Below, one piece after another: positions 59,865 through 64,000 of a stretch of 64,000 bases of DNA; the stretch's first letter is position 1, and the number at the start of each line of letters is the position of its first letter. Location: NCBI GenBank assembly GCA_963735805.1, contig CAVTMK010000003.1, forward strand, positions 256,001 through 320,000, in the 5' to 3' direction. The notes under the pieces are model-generated. The model searched no databases. It was given only the letters and a program-made list of their open reading frames with translations, and was not told the origin of the DNA. The translations under genes and the position numbers were made by a program. Source of the stretch: an uncultured Verrucomicrobiae bacterium (GTDB lineage Bacteria; Verrucomicrobiota; Verrucomicrobiia; Chthoniobacterales; UBA10450).

Positions 59865-61151
59865 GTGAAATCACAATGCACTTCTGTGTTCGCAGCATTC
59901 ATTCTTTGTTTAGCTCTTGTCTCATCAATGCGTGCAGAACAATCTCCGGCAGAGCGGGTGACTGAAATTCAGGCCGCGTTGCGCGACGCCAAGCTGGATG
60001 GATGGCTCTTTTACGATTTCCGGCACAGCGATCCGCTCGCCTACCGGATTTTAAAGCTGGACGAAAAGATGTTCGCCTCGCGCCGCTGGTTTTACTACAT
60101 CCCGGCCTCGGGTGAGCCGGTGAAAATTGTGCAGTCGATCGAGCAATTCAAACTCGACTCGCTTCCCGGCAAAAAACTTATCTTTCGCGGCTGGCAGGAA
60201 TTGAATGCGCGGCTGAACGAAGCGCTCGGCCCGGCGGCGAAGGGATCGAAGAAACGCATCGCTATGCAGTATTCGCCCATGAACGATATCCCGTACATCT
60301 CGCGCGTGGATGCCGGAACGATCGAGCTCGTTCGCTCGTTCGGAGTCGAACCTGTGACGAGCGCAGAGCTCGTACAAAAATTCGAAGCTGTGTTTTCACC
60401 GGCTCAGTACCAGATGCACGTGGAAGCGTCCGACAAAATGCATCGCATCATTCAGGAGGCGTTTGCCGAGATTGCGCGCCGGATTCGGGCCAACCTACCA
60501 ACCACGGAGTGGGATATCGCCCAGTTTATGCAACGTCGTTACAGCGAGGAAGGAATGCAGCAGGAGCCGATGATCGTGGCCGTGAACGCGAACACTGCCA
60601 ACCCGCATTACATGCCGACAAAGGAAAAGAACTCACCGATCAAGCGCGGCGATTTTGTGCTGATTGATGCGGCTACAAACTTGGACAAACCGGATGCAGT
60701 AGCGACCGACCAAACGTGGACTGGTTATGTAGGCGAAACTGTTCCCGAAGAGTACACACGCGTTTTCAACATTGTGCGGGAAGCACGCGATTCTGCAGTC
60801 GATTTCGTGCGAAAAAATGTTCGTGCTGGCAAACCGATCCGCGGCGCCGAAGTGGATGATGTCTCGCGTGGCGTAATTACACGCGCAGGTTTCGGCGAAC
60901 AATTCACCCACCGGACCGGACATTCGATCGGCGAAGAAACCCACGGGAATGGTGTGAACATCGACGATTTCGAGACGCGCGATTCGCGGCGCATCATTCC
61001 CGGAGTTTGTTTTTCAATCGAGCCCGGGATTTATCTCGAAGGAAAGTTTGGCGTGCGATCGGAAATTAACGTTTACGTTTCGGACAAAGACATCGAAGTC
61101 ACCGGGCAACCAATCCAAACGGCGATCATCCCAATCCTGAAGACTCAGTAA
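59865..61151 (+). CDS. M24 family metallopeptidase (Xaa-Pro aminopeptidase-like)
   Basis: NPHY, FVLID, DQTW, HRTGHSIG..HG, FSIEPGIY, GVRSE. Confidence 0.92.
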   Translation: MKSQCTSVFAAFILCLALVSSMRAEQSPAERVTEIQAALRDAKLDGWLFYDFRHSDPLAYRILKLDEKMFASRRWFYYIPASGEPVKIVQSIEQFKLDSLPGKKLIFRGWQELNARLNEALGPAAKGSKKRIAMQYSPMNDIPYISRVDAGTIELVRSFGVEPVTSAELVQKFEAVFSPAQYQMHVEASDKMHRIIQEAFAEIARRIRANLPTTEWDIAQFMQRRYSEEGMQQEPMIVAVNANTANPHYMPTKEKNSPIKRGDFVLIDAATNLDKPDAVATDQTWTGYVGETVPEEYTRVFNIVREARDSAVDFVRKNVRAGKPIRGAEVDDVSRGVITRAGFGEQFTHRTGHSIGEETHGNGVNIDDFETRDSRRIIPGVCFSIEPGIYLEGKFGVRSEINVYVSDKDIEVTGQPIQTAIIPILKTQ

Positions 61152-61154
61152 GGT

Positions 61155-61580
61155 CTAAGGTTTGTGCTGAACCGACACCATCCAGCCGACGCCGAAGCGG
61201 TCTTCAAGCATTCCGAACTTGGGCGCCCAAAATGTCTTCTCAAGAGGCATTGTAACCTTGCCGCCGTCTGCAAGCGCGTTGAAGACGCTCTCGGCTTTTT
61301 CCTCGTCCGGTACGAGAATTGAAAGAGAGAACCCTTCGAAGCGCGGTTGGCCATCGCACCTGCCGTCCGAAGCCATCAGGAGTGTATCGCCGATACGAAA
61401 ACTGGCATGCATCACTTTGTTTTCCATTCCAGGCTGCGTCATTCCCGGTTCAGGCGCGTCCTTGAAACGGCTAAGCATCTCCACCTCCGCTCCAGCAGCG
61501 CTGCGGTAGAATTCCAGCGCCTCTTCACACCGACCATTTAAAAACAGATATGGTTGCACCGACGTATTCGAGTTAGACAT
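61155..61580 (-). CDS. VOC family protein (PhnB-like)
   Basis: QPYLFLNGRCEEALEFY, VMHASF, MPLEKTFWA..FGMLEDRFGVGWMV. Confidence 0.92.
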   Translation of the reverse strand: MSNSNTSVQPYLFLNGRCEEALEFYRSAAGAEVEMLSRFKDAPEPGMTQPGMENKVMHASFRIGDTLLMASDGRCDGQPRFEGFSLSILVPDEEKAESVFNALADGGKVTMPLEKTFWAPKFGMLEDRFGVGWMVSVQHKP

Positions 61581-61662
61581 ACGCGTAGCTTGCGATTCGT
61601 TTGACTGAACGTCAATTTGCCGCCCCTCGTTTCGATCCCGAAATTTCAGTGACGTCCCACCA

Positions 61663-61773
61663 AGGTGGATCGTGTTGCCGCGGCGACACGATGGCTTAAC
61701 CGCCGAAGGCGCAGAGTCTCGGCGGCAAGGCCGCATGTATTTACCAACGCGTTAGGGACAACGCGTTCCACCT
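61663..61773 (-). repeat. GTGG-REP doublet element (inverted relative of 30172-30285)
   Basis: aggtggatcg...aacgcgttagggacaacgcgttccacct. Confidence 0.85.
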
Positions 61774-61888
61774 TAAGCGTTGGTAAGAATGGATCGTCGC
61801 GTTCGTCAGTTACAACACGTGCTGCATTGCGCTGCGTATTCCTGTTTGTGCATAAGAAGCGCGTTGCTGTAACCTTCCGGCCGTTGTC

Positions 61889-63970
61889 ATGGATCCGGCC
61901 ACGTTTTTGACCGAGCTGAAACGGCGCAAGGTTTACCGCGTTGCCGTCGCATACGCGATCGTGGCGTGGCTACTGATCCAGGCCGCTTCCATTCTCTTCC
62001 CAACATTCGAAGCGCCCCCATGGGTGATGAAAGTGTTTGTCACCGCAGTAATCCTCGGTTTTCCCGTGGCGTTGATCCTCGCGTGGGCGTTCGAGCTGAC
62101 CCCGGAAGGAATCAGGCGCGCCGAAGACGTTGCGCCGAGTGAAGCGAAGACGCCCAAAGCCGGACGCAAATGGACCGCGATCATTGTTTCTGCTGCCGTG
62201 CTTGCGGCCGCGTTACTCACGTTTCAGTTTTCGCGAACACGAACATCGCCGCCTGCACAGCTGCCACAACAAGTCGCGCCGACGGCAAGCATGGACAAAT
62301 CAGTTGCCGTGCTGCCGTTCGAGAATCTCAGCTCGGACAAGGAGAACGCGTTCTTTGCACAGGGTATTCAGGACGAAATTATCACCGCGCTGTCGAAGAT
62401 CAGCGGGCTGCGGGTTATCTCCCGCACTTCGACCGCCAATTATCAAAGTGCTCCGCAGGATTTGGTCGAGATCGCGCGCCAGTTGCGTGTGAGCAATGTG
62501 CTTGAAGGCAGTGTCCAAAAGGCCGGCGATCGCGTGCACATCAATGTGCAATTGATTCAGGCTGACAATGACGCGCATTTGTGGGCGCAAAGTTATGATC
62601 GGCAGTTAACCGACATATTCGGAGTAGAAGGCGAAGTCGCGAAGCGTATCGCTGATTCATTGCAGGCCACACTCTCACCGCAAGAGAAAGCGCGAGTCGA
62701 AACGAAACCCACAACGAATGCTGACGCGTACGTGCTGTATTTGCGTGCTCGCGATTACCAGGCGCGACCCGATAATTTCCTGCAGGATTTCGAATCGGCT
62801 GCGCAGCTTTACAAACAAGCGATCGCGCTTGATCCGAATTTCGCGCTCGCGCACGCACGACTCTCAGCCGTGATGAGCATGATTTATCACTGGTACGAAC
62901 CGACAGAAGAGGTAAAAGAGACTGCCCATCGTGAAGCAGATGAATCGCTTCGGCTCCAACCTGACCTCGGTGAAGGACATCTCGCTCTTGGCCTCTATTT
63001 CTACTACGAGGACGCCAATTACGACCAAGCTTTGCGCGAATTGAATCTGGCGGCGAAGACTCTTCCCAATGATGGCGATGTGGGTCTTTACATTGCTGCA
63101 GTGCAACGACGCCAGGGGAATTTAACAGAGGCAATAGCCGCTTACCAAAAAGCTGAAGCAATCGATCCGCGTAATTCCGTTGCGCTATACGATGCAGCGC
63201 AGACCTACTTCGGAATACGCGAGTGGCCAAATGCCATCAAAGGAATGGATCGCGTCCTCGCGCTCGCGCCGGATTCTCTCAATGTCAAGATACAGCGCGC
63301 CTACATGGAGTTTTTCTGGAAAGGCAGCACCGCCCCAATTAAGTCGGTTCTGGAGAGCTTCGCACCAAATCTCGATCCCGACGGAGTCGTCACTTTCGGC
63401 CGGTGGGACGTGTCTCTTATGGATCGTGATCCGGATGCCGCCGAACGCGCTCTGACATCAGCCCGGCTGCAGAACTTTGTCGCGCCAACAGGCGTGCCAT
63501 TGCCAAAAAGCTATCTCGCAGGGTGTGTGGCACTGATGCGTAAGGATGCGACGGGGGCGCAGCAGGAGTTCGAAACCGCGCGGCCAATATTGGAACAAGT
63601 TGTGACTAAGAGTCCACAAGACGGCATTCGCCACGCGCAGCTCGGTTTTCTCTACGCGTTGATGGGACGCAAAGATGACGCGTTACGCGAAGGGCAGCGT
63701 GGCGAGGAATTGACGTCTGTTTCCAAGGACATGATCAATCGAGGTACCGTGCAGGGGTTTCTCGCATTGATTTACGCGCGCAACGGCGATGCCGATCACG
63801 CGATCCAACTGATCGGGCGTCTTCTCACCACACCCTTCGCGGTTGATTACTGCGACGCCAGCATCACGCTTTCTGATCTGCGACAGCGCTGGGAGTGGGA
63901 TCCGTTGCGGAACGATCCGCGTTTCCAAAAAATCCTGGCGTCGCCTGAACCAAAGACGGTATTCCAGTGA
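61889..63970 (+). CDS. Membrane protein with TolB-like (FlgO-type) domain and TPR repeats
   Basis: ELKRRKVYRVAVAY, KSVAVLPFENLS, LRVISRTS, DPNFALAHA, WDPLRNDPRFQ. Confidence 0.88.
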   Translation: MDPATFLTELKRRKVYRVAVAYAIVAWLLIQAASILFPTFEAPPWVMKVFVTAVILGFPVALILAWAFELTPEGIRRAEDVAPSEAKTPKAGRKWTAIIVSAAVLAAALLTFQFSRTRTSPPAQLPQQVAPTASMDKSVAVLPFENLSSDKENAFFAQGIQDEIITALSKISGLRVISRTSTANYQSAPQDLVEIARQLRVSNVLEGSVQKAGDRVHINVQLIQADNDAHLWAQSYDRQLTDIFGVEGEVAKRIADSLQATLSPQEKARVETKPTTNADAYVLYLRARDYQARPDNFLQDFESAAQLYKQAIALDPNFALAHARLSAVMSMIYHWYEPTEEVKETAHREADESLRLQPDLGEGHLALGLYFYYEDANYDQALRELNLAAKTLPNDGDVGLYIAAVQRRQGNLTEAIAAYQKAEAIDPRNSVALYDAAQTYFGIREWPNAIKGMDRVLALAPDSLNVKIQRAYMEFFWKGSTAPIKSVLESFAPNLDPDGVVTFGRWDVSLMDRDPDAAERALTSARLQNFVAPTGVPLPKSYLAGCVALMRKDATGAQQEFETARPILEQVVTKSPQDGIRHAQLGFLYALMGRKDDALREGQRGEELTSVSKDMINRGTVQGFLALIYARNGDADHAIQLIGRLLTTPFAVDYCDASITLSDLRQRWEWDPLRNDPRFQKILASPEPKTVFQ

Positions 63971-64000
63971 GATCGATGCTGAGCTCTTTGCCAACGCGTT

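Overview
64 kb of GC-rich bacterial chromosome. The gene content (two DUF5069 genes, a PadR + duplicated orphan ABC permease pair, a TolB-like/TPR protein, a Verrucomicrobia-type ECF/anti-sigma pair) suggests a soil Verrucomicrobiota lineage such as Chthoniobacterales; this is inference only. About 55 mostly accessory genes are present (hydrolases, oxidoreductases, transporters, signalling, SNF2 and DEAD-box helicases). I recognised no rRNA, tRNA, CRISPR array or transposase. Several genes carry single-base frameshifts, mostly in short homopolymers, which look like long-read errors. The intergenic DNA holds at least six families of palindromic or short-period repeats plus many short gene shards. 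The most striking locus is 40.3-46.3 kb. There a 29-bp bulged hairpin (ACCGCGTAAAAGGCTTCGCCTCACGCGGT) occurs 6 times plus 2 degenerate copies. It brackets a stand-alone GIY-YIG nuclease in inverted orientation, precedes two further truncated GIY-YIG gene starts, delimits neighbouring gene blocks, and sits exactly at a gene truncation point. This resembles a REP/RAYT layout with a GIY-YIG nuclease in place of the HUH transposase.
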